Both the position numbers and the translations under genes were made by a program. A stretch of DNA of 64,000 bases from Phoronis australis. Its lineage: Eukaryota; Animalia; Phoronida. The number at the start of each line of letters is the position of its first letter. The first letter of the stretch is position 1. The notes beneath the pieces were generated by a model. That model saw nothing but the letters and a program-made list of their open reading frames with translations, searched no databases and was not told the DNA's origin. Positions 50,007 through 62,597 of this stretch are shown here, one piece after another. The stretch spans positions 1-64,000 of the forward strand of contig NMRA01000470.1 of NCBI GenBank assembly GCA_002633005.1, given 5' to 3'.

Positions 50007-50562
50007 TTAAGGCTAGAACAAAGAACGTGCTTCACCCGGCGTAGTATTAAGGAGTAAAAGGGTACCAGGCGTATCCTGAGCTTGCTCAGGGCTCATTGTT
50101 TCAGTTTAGCCAACAGTTAATTCCAGCCGAAAATTGGTTATCTGGAAGAGATATAAATATGCGGTTGCCTAGGCCATTGTGATATTTGACTTGGAGCAGT
50201 TAATTTTGTTACCAACGAGGCAGCTTTATGAGTTGGAGAAAAACTGTTTGGTGAACTTCACACAAAATATCAATAATTACAAAGGAAGCAAATGTTATTT
50301 TTAATGTCAATAACGGAAGTCAAAACGGGAAGTAACAGTAATCTGCTGCGGTAAGCATCATTCTTCCTTTAGTCATTATGCTCGGCCTGTCCCCGCCCCT
50401 TAAGTTGGGGCTTGTTTGGATCTGTCACGGTCTGCCTTTGTCGCGTTTTAACAAAATATATCTGTATTGCATTTGATATTGACATTTCAACTGTACATTA
50501 TGTGAAACATGTGGTGAATTTTGCTGTCGGCAATACCTGAATGAAAGGTGAACCCCAAGACT

Positions 50563-53500
50563 TTATTGGTACATGGGGTTGTAAAAGTCAGTTGTATTAT
50601 TTGGCGTTTTAAAATTGATGGCTGAACTTTCATAAGAGGAGGAGTCTTCAAAATAAGACTGCGCAGTTCGACCGCGTCTGCGTCGCCATAACACAATGGC
50701 AAGTACAACAATAGCCGTCAAAACAATTCCTCCCACAACAGGTCCGGCAATTACGCCAGGGTTTATCTGGCCGGCCTTGTTACCAGAAATCTTGACCGTA
50801 GCTGTAGTCGTGGATATATCCATTGTCTCCACCCTGACTAGCGTAGAAGATGATCGCTCAGTGCCACTGCTTGGTTTCGATGTGCTGACTTCAACAGGTG
50901 ATGAGGAAGATTTGATATCAGTTTGGAGTTTTGTGGGGCTGGTCATTGACAAAGCGTGGGCATTACGTGATGAAACAATGCCTTCCTGAGGTTGTTTAGT
51001 TGTTTTTTTCACACCTTTGCTTGTAAACGTTACGGCTTTTTCACTAGTCATGCGAATGCTTTGTGTCTGTTTTCCAGTATATGCGCTTACATTCATTTTG
51101 TCAGTGACAGTGGAAGATATGATCTCGTAAAAGCTGGTGAACACGGATCGGGATATTGAAGGAGACATAGTGCTAGTAATTGGACTGGGTGTTGTAGATG
51201 TCCCCTCTGGACTAGAACTGACAGATGTGTCTGGCGTGGAGGTCATTGCATTGGTTGCTTCGCTTGAAAAATCACTGGGAATGATCTGACTTTTCGTGGA
51301 GGCTGCATACGCAACGGTAACATTTCCAGCAAACACAGTAGTGAGCGTTGCTGATGTAGGTCTAGTAGTTACAGACGTCACTGATGCTGGTGGTGAGGGT
51401 TGTTCTCCAGATGGAGTTGTTGGTGGTGACGTGGGCGTGGAATGAGATGATGAACTTTGGCGAGGGATGAAGAGAATGTCGTCAATGGCAATATCACTTG
51501 TATAGTTTTGACCGACAATCCCTTCAAAGACAACCTACAATATAACAAATTTTACTTGCAAACGGTGGCATTAAAGAGGCATGGAACGTGATAAACAGAC
51601 TAAATCGCAATATTGAACAAGGTTCTCTGCCACTGAAACAGAATCCAACCTGCTCACCAGGTACTTTTAGGGATTGTTTGTAATGATTTTTAATCTCTGT
51701 AATGATATCAAAACATTTTTTCTGTTTCAAATTTCAAAAAACGACCTGCCAGCTGCTTTTCCCACTATGCAAAGTAAATCTTATTTCGTATGGCAAAGAC
51801 TGGAAAATGTGACCTTTGACCTCAAGCGACTTTGAGCAACTGACTGAGCGCATGCGCGCATTTATCATAAGTGGGAGCAAGGTTAGAAACAATGTGATAT
51901 TCACTGAGTTTTTTCTTCCCACGTATTTCAAAATCGTAAATTTATGATTTTTTTCTGGGAATTTCCTGACAGTACCTGAAAGATAGTAAGGCAGAAATAC
52001 CACTATCAAATACGTTTTTCTCCTTAGCTTGTAGACGTAGATGGGTGGACCAGAGTAAATATATAGACGCTGAGGTTGGCCAATAGTGAAACACATCAAA
52101 TAAAAGTAGATAATCAAGGAACCCCAACCGGGAATCGAACCACAGGTTTCTAGATTGCCGGTCTAGAGCTCTTACCACTGAGCTACCGCGAACCCGACAT
52201 CTGGGTAATTACTGGTTTCAGACAACTGTTACATCATAGCTGCGTTTCGCCTTTTTCACATGAAATTTGGGCAATTATATAATCAGCAATTTACCACTAT
52301 GACATAACAGTTGGCTGCAAACAGCAATTGCACAGATATCAGGTCCTCAGTAGCTCAGTGGTAAGTGAAAAAGAGTGTACATGTATGAGTACACGGCTAG
52401 CATTGTGGGATAGACCTTTCTGAAACTGACCATGGAGGCCATGATCGACGTAAAAATGACCTGCTGAGTCAAGCCAATTTTGGAAAGTAGTAACTCAAAC
52501 AATAAACAGCTATTTTTAAGGATAGATATCACGTCTAGTCTCAGAACGGGAAAATTTCCGATCAATTTTGAAACGGCATCAAGGAGTCTTAAAGTTGATT
52601 TTTGACATAAGGCGGCTTTGAAGCATTTTAAACTTGCCATGCGATGCTTCTGCTTTACCCAGAAGAGATGAAAACTCAATTATTTAAAAAAACCTGAAAA
52701 TCATCCTTTTGCGATGAAAGATCGACTTCTCCCATTTGCCAGCTTGGACCTTTGTCATGATGTTTGGACCACTGTAAGCTTTCTTTTCCTTTGCTCGACA
52801 CGTAGACCTAAACGCGCAGCGTAAAATGTACAATGCACAATTGAATGATTATTTTAGCAAAGTTCATGGTTTAAGAGCTTGAGTTTCTAAACGACAATGC
52901 GTTTTTCTTTCGTACTTAAAACATAATGCTATAACTTTTTAGTATATCCAACGTGAATGTCCAATCATTTTGGAGAAGTTGGAACGCAGTATAAGCATTT
53001 ATCGTTTCAGTATTTAGCCAGTGACAAGGTCAAGTCTCAAAGGTAAAAAACGGGCACATGACACTTGTCATATCGTAGTGCCTTTCTTAGGAAAGTGACA
53101 TGTAATACGTGACATTGGTTGACACGTTCAAGAGATGATTAGGTAAAATATACCAGAATTATAACCAATAATTGACTTTTCATAAGGGGATCCAATCTGT
53201 TGCCATATTTTGGACACTTTGTTGCAACATGAAAACTAGTCAATTTTTTACATTTTCATGTTCATTTTTTCGAATTAAAATCCTCACCTGCAGTTTCCCA
53301 ATTCCGTGTCCGTACATTGAGTACCAGAACGTGAAGCAGCTGTACCTCCCACCCACAATCTGGGGACTGATTAAACGCGCTACGTCACCAGCTTTCCGGG
53401 GAAAGGAACTTTCAACATACATGTAGTTACCTAAAGGAAGAAAGAAGAAAAATAGTGTAACATTTCGTCTAGAATGCAAGCTGTAGGTGATTTAGCAAAC

Positions 53501-56500
53501 GATTTCAAATAAAAAGCGAAGCGGTAAGGAACAAACGGTGGACTTGTCCCATGCCACCCCTAAATCTCTCATGTGAGTCTCATTGGAATCTAAAACGTCC
53601 CTGTAGAAGTTGGATTTCACTGTCAGATTTTGGAACTAGGACCAAATAAATCTAGTGATGGCCTTTTTGAAGAAAGGAGTCTAAGGTCCAATTTCCGTCA
53701 GGCCTGGAACATCCCTGGTCAGGTAAATACATGGGCGACCCCCTACATGTGTGTATGGGTACAAATAAAAAATGCGATTTATAAACAATTAAATGCTTAA
53801 CATTTACATCTCTATTATTCAAATAAATTAGGCTCAAATTCATCGAAGGAATTAAGCGTTAACATTGTGGCTTTTATGGTACATGGTTATGTAGGTATGC
53901 CTACCTTTCCCAGACGTGTGATCACCATCCGGCCCTGTCATGTACGTAAAAGTTGAACCGCTGTTCAATATCCAGTCGAAATCGTCGTTCAAGTCATCTT
54001 TGTATCCGCAGACGGTGTTACGTATATTGTCAAATGTACAGTCACCGTCAAAAACTGGTACTGGCGTAGTTGTTTCCGCAGCCGTCGACGTCTTGGTTTT
54101 TGCAGAAGTGGATGATGCGGTAGGCATGTTTGAAGTTGTTGAGGTTTTCGTGGTCGCTAGACAGTTTGAAAAGAGATGATTTTCGCATAAATATTCTATC
54201 CCAAATTTTACCTCTCAGTCATCATACTTCAGCATGTGTGTCAAAACGTATCTGGTGTCTTAAAATAAGGCGAAATGTCTCCGAAGCTGGCCATTAGAAA
54301 GTTGAATGTTTTGCAGGAAATATAAGACGACAATCAAATCTGTTTAACATCAAAGAACAGTTCCGCACACACTAAACTTTTCTCTATGAACGATTTAGTA
54401 AATCAGGAATTCTCCAGATGAGGAATACCTGTTACTTTGTTTCACATCAAAATACACGATATAATGTCCATAGATCCACGTGCGTCCTCTCAGTTAAATG
54501 TACTTTGTCAACATTGCTCTTACTCGTGTTCATGCAGTGACCAATGTCAAGAGATATGTCGTCCAAAGCGATGTCCCCTTTGTCCTCACGCCAAGCCGAT
54601 GTTTTTATAGCTTCAAACACAACCTGAATAATTTAATGGAACGTTGACAAAACGATATTACTATTGACAAGTCACTTTAGAATCTCAAAAGCTGGCCTGA
54701 CCGGATGAAAGGGTAATGCGTTTCCAACAACTTATTAACTTAGTTTTTGCATAGTACAACACCGTGGTAGAGACTGTGATATTTCAGTTATGCAACCGTT
54801 TTCGTATGATCTGTAACATAACAAATTTAGTTGTCCATTTACGCATATTCCGACTGCCAACCATACCAACATTCTCTAGAGGGCACAGCAGGGTGCAGAT
54901 TGATACTGGTTTCTGGCACTGAGGAAATGATTAGAACTGGCTTGATTGCGTGATTTTGATTGAAGCTAGATTTTACTTTATTCGGGAAACAAAACTTGCC
55001 TTAAAAGTGTCTCTAACGTTGATGTCAATCTGTGCCTGTCGCCATTCATTTCCTTGTTCACCCGACAAAGTCCACACTGTTGTTTTTCTGTCTCCTATAG
55101 CTATTTGTACGTTTAAAGTACCTATATGCTGACCGTACATATGATACCTGGGGAAAATGCGTTGAAGATGCGTTAAAAGTATCGGGCCACTAGAGCAAAC
55201 TTGTAAAATTCTGATGCTAACTTTCATTTTTTCCACTTCTGTGAATCTAAAAATTAAGGTAGTGCTTATCTGGGCAACATTGTCATGAATCTCTCGTTTT
55301 AAAAACCTTACCGTATTTGAAAACGATTACACTGAAAAGCGGAATGATGTTACGAAGCCGAAGCAAATCACGTGAAAACTTTACGGGCTATTTTGCAAAT
55401 TCTTTTATTCTTTTCATTTATGCCGTCAACATCAAAGTCCTGAATTTGGATAAAAATGAGTGTTTTTTCACCTGTAAGATAGCTTTTATCACTAACTTGT
55501 AGTTCTAATATAATGTTTGACCCACAAAACATAAGCCCAGACATTTACTAGCTTTTTCAATTATATGAAATAGTAGGGGAGATATTCCGAAATATAGCAC
55601 AATCGGTAATGGTGGCACTAATTTGTATAAAAACACACGTGGGACATTTCTTTCGGCTCGTTAACATCGTTTCCGTTTCCGTTATCACACATGATTTCCT
55701 TCATAAAAATGCAACTTTGAAATCCGGGGTGTGCACGGGCAGCCTTTTTCGACTAGACTGTAAGAGCTGTGCCAACCTACGTTTCATTTGATCCTAAGAT
55801 GTTATTTTGTTCCTTTTTATCTCATCCATAAAAGTGGTCTTTCGTTTCCATAATCAAATGTTCAGTAGCCGTGTCCTGCTACTTTGTATTAATATCTATG
55901 CTATTTTGAGTTCTGCTTTGGTTGAGAATGAACCCAAGAATGATAAGTTCCTGGGTTCGGCTGCTGAAATGTCCGTAGAACTACATGTATCCAGCGGATA
56001 AGAATTATACACCGGACAACGTATAAAATTGGGTTGCACAAAACTTGGATATGGTTCGGATAACTATCAGGCGCATATTTATGTTATACGGCGGATGGCA
56101 AAAAAGGATACTATATAAGACAATACCCATAATTTTTGTAATCATGGTACACACAAAATGGGAGACACAAGGTAAAGATCAACAAGCTGGACTAAAAACG
56201 AGATCAACCTTATGACTGAACTTGCCAATTCGAATCCCCCAGTCAGACGGTGGCAATACCCATAATTTAAGGACTGAGTCCCTGTTTATGTTCAATAAAC
56301 TCTGGGCTCATTTTTTAGTTATGTAGTAATGTCATTTATCAAAGAGGAGCTTATAATAAAGATGAAATGATAAAAATATTACATCAGTGAGTCCATAAAA
56401 CCACCTTTTCGTAAAAAGATTAGGGACCTTAGTCGAATCCCTGTTTGGCACTGTTTCATGCAACCGGCCACTGAGCCACACAACGCTTGGATTAAGGTTG

Positions 56501-59500
56501 GCATTGAACAATTTCTCTTTGTGTCAGGCTTGAAGTTGTCATCCACGAGACCGCAAATATAACATATAGCCTCTCATCCGAAGCGAAACTTCTATCCAAG
56601 CTCTTCCTCGCTGAATTTGTTAAGAGGATCAATGTAAATTTGCTTTCGCAAACTGCCGATGTCTAAATCTGTACATTTGATTCATATATGCTAAGTACTC
56701 CCATGTCTGATAGTCGCCATAACTTTATGTGGCGGATTACATGAGTTATATGGTGGACAACACCATACGATTTTTATGCAACCCAACTTATCCGGCGTAT
56801 AAGAAGCTATACATTTTATAGACGCAATAGTCTCGCAAGATCACGCAATTCTTGGCGAGATATCGCCATGTATTACAAGCATAGCACGTGGTCTTACTGA
56901 TTACATTCGCGATATTCACACGTCTACCGAACTCCGGCCTGAAGTATGCGTAACAACTCACCAGAATACGAGACACCGATTGATAACAGGAGATTGTTCG
57001 GGTGACGTAAGATAGGCGCCAGTACCGCTGAATCCGTTTCCCGCCTCAACGTAGATATAATCACCTGTGAGTTTCGTAAGCATAACGTTTCAAATCAGTC
57101 ATGTTCACATCATACGAATACAAAGAAAGTAGGCCTACTTCCACCATTAGAAACCAGAGCTGACAACAATTATACACCGGGACGTTCAATGAGATCTTGT
57201 TACTTGATTAACCTTGTGATGCTGAAATCTTGAACATTGTCGACGTGACAGATGTGCCGAAATTTTAGACATAATTTTCATATAAAATTTATAAGACATA
57301 CGTTAGCTTTATGCACTGCTAAAAGTATACTCAACAACGAAAGAATTGACGTAGTAACACGTGGTCACCTGCAATGTACGAGCATGCAGCCTGTAGGCCT
57401 ACCTGCACCCGTGGTGTGATCACGCTTCGGTCCAGTTCCCTCAGTGCGAGTCCGTCCCTCTTGTGTAGGTAGCCACCTGAACCTAAGTCGGGTGCTGGGA
57501 TCCCTGTCATACCCACACAGGTTTTGATCAAAATTACAATCAATAGCACTTGCCACGTGGTTGGTGGTGATTGCGTGAGCAGACGTCATTATATTTGTGA
57601 GGTGAGATGTCACGAATGTTGCAGGCGAAGTTGTTGAAGTTACTGCTGTTGGAGTAACAGCGAATGAGTAACACACAACATTCCAGCGTTTCAACAATAA
57701 ACAGCGAATCAGACAAAGAAGAAAAATGATTCATATTTTACGTATGTTATACAGGTATGTTATATGAATAAACATTTCAAAAGTGTATAAAAATCAAATT
57801 ACCGTGTCATAAATAGTCAAATATTCAAATAAAAAAGTTCCACTCCTAAACATCGCACCTAGGCTACTCGATGCGAAAAAAAGGAACAGAAGTTGTCTTT
57901 ATTAAGCTGTATTTCTTACTATTTCCACTGTGCGAGAGTAATAATAATGTCGAAACCGCGAGAGCATGCGTATTTTCTGATCCTTGCACTTTTATTTCAC
58001 AAATTAAAATAACTGACCGATTGACAATACACAAACATAATTGTTTTGCACCATTGAAGTCAAATCAAGCTGGAGAGGTGAAACTTGACCAGTCGTAATG
58101 GCAAAGCTCCTTGTCCAAACTCCAACACAAAACCAAGATATCTGATCAGAGTCTGATCACGAGTCGGGAGAATATGCCAACATACAAGCATTTGAGAAAT
58201 CCCGACAACAACCGTTTCAGTACCTGTCTCACAGTGACGCCCTGTGTAGCCATGCTTGCATTTGCATAGGTAGTTTGGACCATTGCGCATGTCAATTGTT
58301 TCAATGCAGGTACCCGAGTTTAGACATGGGCTGCTTCTACATAAAGGTTTTTCTGCAGACAAGAGCAAGATCAGATAAGCCAAAACATGAGAGATGGCAG
58401 AAAATAGGGGTTTTGTTGATTAAGGTGCAGCGGAAAGGGAAACATTTCTGGGCTTACCACCGTGTCCGTTATTGTTACACAGACTATGATACGTATAAAA
58501 CACTTATAATGCGAATTTGTCAAAAGTCATGGTGTCACTTTAGCCTTCAAAAGGAAAAAGTTAAACTAATCGAAAGCATATTTCCGAACTTGTTCAACAA
58601 TAAAGCATTGTGATATTTCATGAACAACAAATTACAAGTTCTTATTATAAACTGTGTTAAAAATGTATTCCGTTCGAAATATCAGAATTCACACAGTTGT
58701 TTTCTAACTTTGCAAAACAACTTACGATTGCAACACCCGTGTGTAAGACTTATATCATCAATTGCCGCAAATCCGCTCTTTGCAAAACTTGTGTCTCCGT
58801 CAATGAATATCTGTAATAATTTCACGTTGTTGAACATTCAAGCTAACCTAAGTTAACGGGATGAATTTGCGGTTACGAAGGACTCTTAGATCAATACAAA
58901 CTTCGGAACGTCATGTCTTAGAAATGGGTGATCGTAATGTCCAAAATGCAGATAGGAATTGTTATTGAAGAGACCCACTGGTGCAAGAAGTAAGACTTTT
59001 AAGATTTTTTATGAAAAAATCGAAATTTGTGTAAAACGAAAATGAAGTAATAATTTACAAAACTGTCACTGCGCTTTTGAGATTTCAACTTAGAAATCCT
59101 TTTAAAAACTGAGGATATTATTGGTGCTTCTTGTTAGCTGTGAATGCTCCTTTCTTGTGTGTTAAATTTCACTAAAACGTCATGGTAACGTGACCCAATC
59201 AATTGCATGTTAGTATAATGACAACAGTCTAATTTACAGGGTTTTCACTTTAAAAAATATGTACTGTTACTGAATTAAATTTTCCAGTTTCTGAGGTTTT
59301 GGATGAATGCACAGACTTGTGGATAAGGTCCTGCATGACCTTAAAGCAAAATCGACAAAGTCCTCACAGAATCAATGCATCTTCATGATTTCGTGTAGGT
59401 CTGGTACGGAAATACTCGTCAATTATTCTCTAAGGCATCTAAAATCACTTACCCAGGAGTTTTTCACCGCCTGTACATCAACCATAACTTTTTGCCAAGA

Positions 59501-62500
59501 GTCGAACATGTCAAACTCGAAGAACCATAATTGCTTGGCCTGAGTGCTGTCTGTTGGTTGTGTGTGCAGAGACAAACTGATTGAGGAGCCGCTTGATATG
59601 TAGTACCAAAACTGAATGCAGTGAAACATGTTGGCCTTTACCACGGGGAGGAACAGCCGAGCGCTTCCAAAATTATTGAGTGATCCAAGATCCGACGGCA
59701 AATAGAGGAACGAACCTTGAAAAACAATTAAGAGACTTCCAATACGTTAAGTAGGTTACACGAAATTGTGAGAAATTGTTCTTGGAAAATAATTAGGACT
59801 GAGACTTATACTTTTATCCACAAGTTAGATAAGAAAGCACCCATTCCAGCATACATTAGATGCTCTAAAAACCAAAGCAAGCGCGATAGAATTACATATC
59901 GAGAGGTGGATATTTGTCTCAACTGGGTCAGAAAATGATAACATCGCACCCCTAGCAACTATTCCGATTTGGAGACAAGCAATGTGGCTGTAACCTATTC
60001 ATTTTCACTAACACATTTGGTCAAACCCGGCCGACAAAATTCAACAACGATAACTTTTTTAAAATCTGAAGCTTATGACACATGTATGTTACCACAATAA
60101 ACCTCTCAAAGCATGGTAATAAATGCTTGAATTAGGTTACCAACAAGTTAAGTATGATATGTTAAGTATTCCTTCCTCGATTTGTGTACTTTTAATCAAG
60201 AAATAAATAATGCAAAAATTAAATAATTAAAATTTTTGCATGGCGTGATCAGTGGATTCGATTTCCACCATTGTGTTGTTCTACAATAGCCGCGAGCCGA
60301 AGTGGTTTCAAAAACTGAGCTCGACTGAATATTATGAACCACAACAATCGGACAGACAATGTTTCAATTTTGGCGTTTCCAAAAAACCCTAACCTTGCCC
60401 AGAAGTGGAACAGGTTCGTAAGTGGGACAGTATACGGTGGAGCTACCGAAAACTTCAAGGGGCACGCTGTGCTAAGCTCATAATGAAGAATCGTGCTTCG
60501 ATCTGTCGAAGAAACGGGGATTTAACGCAGTTTCCTCCAACGTGTAAGTGCATTTGATGGAGAAAAGGTGTATTAATTTGTTTTGTATCATTGTTGCGAA
60601 CGTTGTTGTACATGCATCAAGTTATGACTGAGATATTCAACGTGATTGCAGTTTCCATCAGTCTCTTCTTGTCCAAGATTTTGTGAAAATGCATGTTATC
60701 CACGTATATTTTTAATATCCAATAGTAAAAGATTAGATGTATATACCACGTAAATCGTTCAAGATCATGACAGCAGCCGCCACAGAGGCTGCAGTGGCGG
60801 ATTTAGGTCGGGCACCATAAGGGGCTGGGGGGACTATATCCCCCAGTGCTGCGCCGACCATGTAACCTCATCCATTTTAATCCTTCAGGCATCCGCAAGC
60901 AAGCTCCCCGTGTCCGTTTTCCTTCCGGCCACCTCCTGCGCCGCCTTGGTCTCCACTCATAATTTACTCCCGTCACATCCCTCCCCTTTGTCCATTACTT
61001 TTATAATGTCATTATTCCATTTATTGCCTTACTGTCCTTTCTACCGGTCCCCATTCCACATATATAGAATAATTGCAGGTGGTATGATACACGTTGTACC
61101 AGACGTGCGCAGGCCTCGCATGTGGGCCCACTGCACTGATCACCTGGAAATATTTTTATGCTTTATTCCACAACGGATTCTACCATTAACTTCACTATAC
61201 GTTACTACTGTCACTTATGGTTCTATCTGGTAACACCGTTGGTATTTACTTCAGTTACACTCTGTTTACTTCTTCCATGAATTCGTCCCAATTCCGACTT
61301 CTCTGTCTATCTGGTAAACCTTGGGTGTTTACTTCAGTTTACATTGATTCTGACATTTTATTCGTTTGTCCCCGCTTCTCAGCTGGTCTGACCATTCAAG
61401 TTTCCATGAATTTATTACTTAGTTCTTAATGTTTGGTACCACCTTGGGTGTTTACTACCAATGATGACATCACGTGGCGGGAAACTAAAAAATACTATTT
61501 TTAACATATGGAATTCCTCAATTATTTCCCAATATTAAGTGCTCGTTTAGCTAGGTTTTGTGTTATAAAAATTATTGTACATGGTCATAAGCCTCAAAAA
61601 GTGCAAAAATCCATTGTAGGAAAGGTACATGTATAATCACATGGATTCTGAACCATTGTTTAACTGTTGAATTACCATTTACACTTTTCAACCAAATGTA
61701 ACTACCCATAGAGAACAGGCAAAAGTTAAAAATGAGATGATGAAATTCCCTACACTTCTCAAAGTAAGGTGACGTCACGTGTTCCTTCAATATTCTATTC
61801 ACGTCATGTTACAGCACTAATTCGCTAGAGATATCGTGTATTTTCCCAACGCGCACATCGGCATAGAGACCAAGGTCCAATCTGTGCACTCGTGGTTATG
61901 ACCAATCTGTGCCCTCGTGGTTATGACCAATCTGTGCCCTCGTGGTTTTGACCAATCTGTACCCTCGTGGTTATGACCAATCTGTACCCTCATGGTTATG
62001 ACCAATCTGTGCCCTCGTGGTTATGACCAATCTGTACTCTCGTGGTTATGACCAATCTGTGCCATCGTGTTTATGACCAATATGTGCTTTCGTGGTTATG
62101 ACCAATCTGTACTCTCGTGCTTATGACCAATCTGTACCCTCGTGCTTATGACCAATCTGTGCCCTCGTGGTTATGACCAATCTGTGCCCTCGTGGTTATG
62201 ACCAATCATGAACCAAAATTGATCGAAACCGTCTAATTTCTGCTTGCCGGGTTGGGAGAGTCACAAGTGAACTACTCAAGTATGCTAACAAATGGGAGGT
62301 TGGAAGGTCATAAATGCATGCGCACGTGTATGAACTTTGTGTTAGATTGATGCACCTAACTGTAGCCCACCGCTTGCGAAATAAGAGTTCAAGAATGGAC
62401 ATGTCGTCATTATGATAATACGATTACTTTCGAAGCAGTGAAAAGGATGTACACACCGTTTCCAGTCGTGTGGTCTTTAAGATTAATGTTTGAGCTCGTG

Positions 62501-62597
62501 TTGTGCAAACTAACAAGCCACTTCCGATTGCCTTTTCCAAAAATATTTTGCCGATAGCCACATAGACCACTGTCAAAATTACATCCGTAATCTGCAC
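50563..62597 (-). CDS. MAM- and EGF-domain type I membrane protein (MAM-EGF-MAM-MAM-mucin-TM-NPxY); 5' end not resolved
   Basis: Exons 62597-62457, 59715-59453, 58810-58726, 58352-58224 (EGF), 57645-57403, 57064-56962, 55147-55000 (GC donor), 54623-54524, 54156-53905, 53430-53288, 52807-52694 and 51534-50563, all in phase. MAM signatures CNFD..LCGY, DHTTG.G.Y, C..FWY.MYG..IG.L.V and DIA(I/L)DDI. S/T-rich stalk, TM VIAGPVVGGIVLTAIVVLAIVLW, RRRR stop-transfer, and tail FYNPMYQ*. Confidence 0.9.
52118..52195 (-). mobile_element. tRNA-derived SINE head or tRNA pseudogene
   Basis: Minus strand GGGTTCGCGGTAGCTCAGTGGTAAGAGCTCTAGACCGGCAATCTAGAAACCTGTGGTTCGATTCCCGGTTGGGGTTCC contains an A box, the anticodon stem CTAGA/TCTAG with loop CCGGCAA, and B box GGTTCGATTCC. 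The acceptor stem is poorly paired. Confidence 0.7.
61877..62207. repeat. Minisatellite, ~13 x 25 bp TGACCAATCTGTGCCCTCGTGGTTA
   Basis: Head-to-tail copies with no spacers and few substitutions. Confidence 0.95.

Noticed and set aside
60900-61430. Possible retroelement ORF1/zinc-knuckle relic on the minus strand
   Set aside because: No continuous frame or complete CCHC motif could be reconstructed.
61877-62207. Possible CRISPR array
   Set aside because: Units are contiguous with no unique spacers, there are no cas genes, and the context is a eukaryotic intron.
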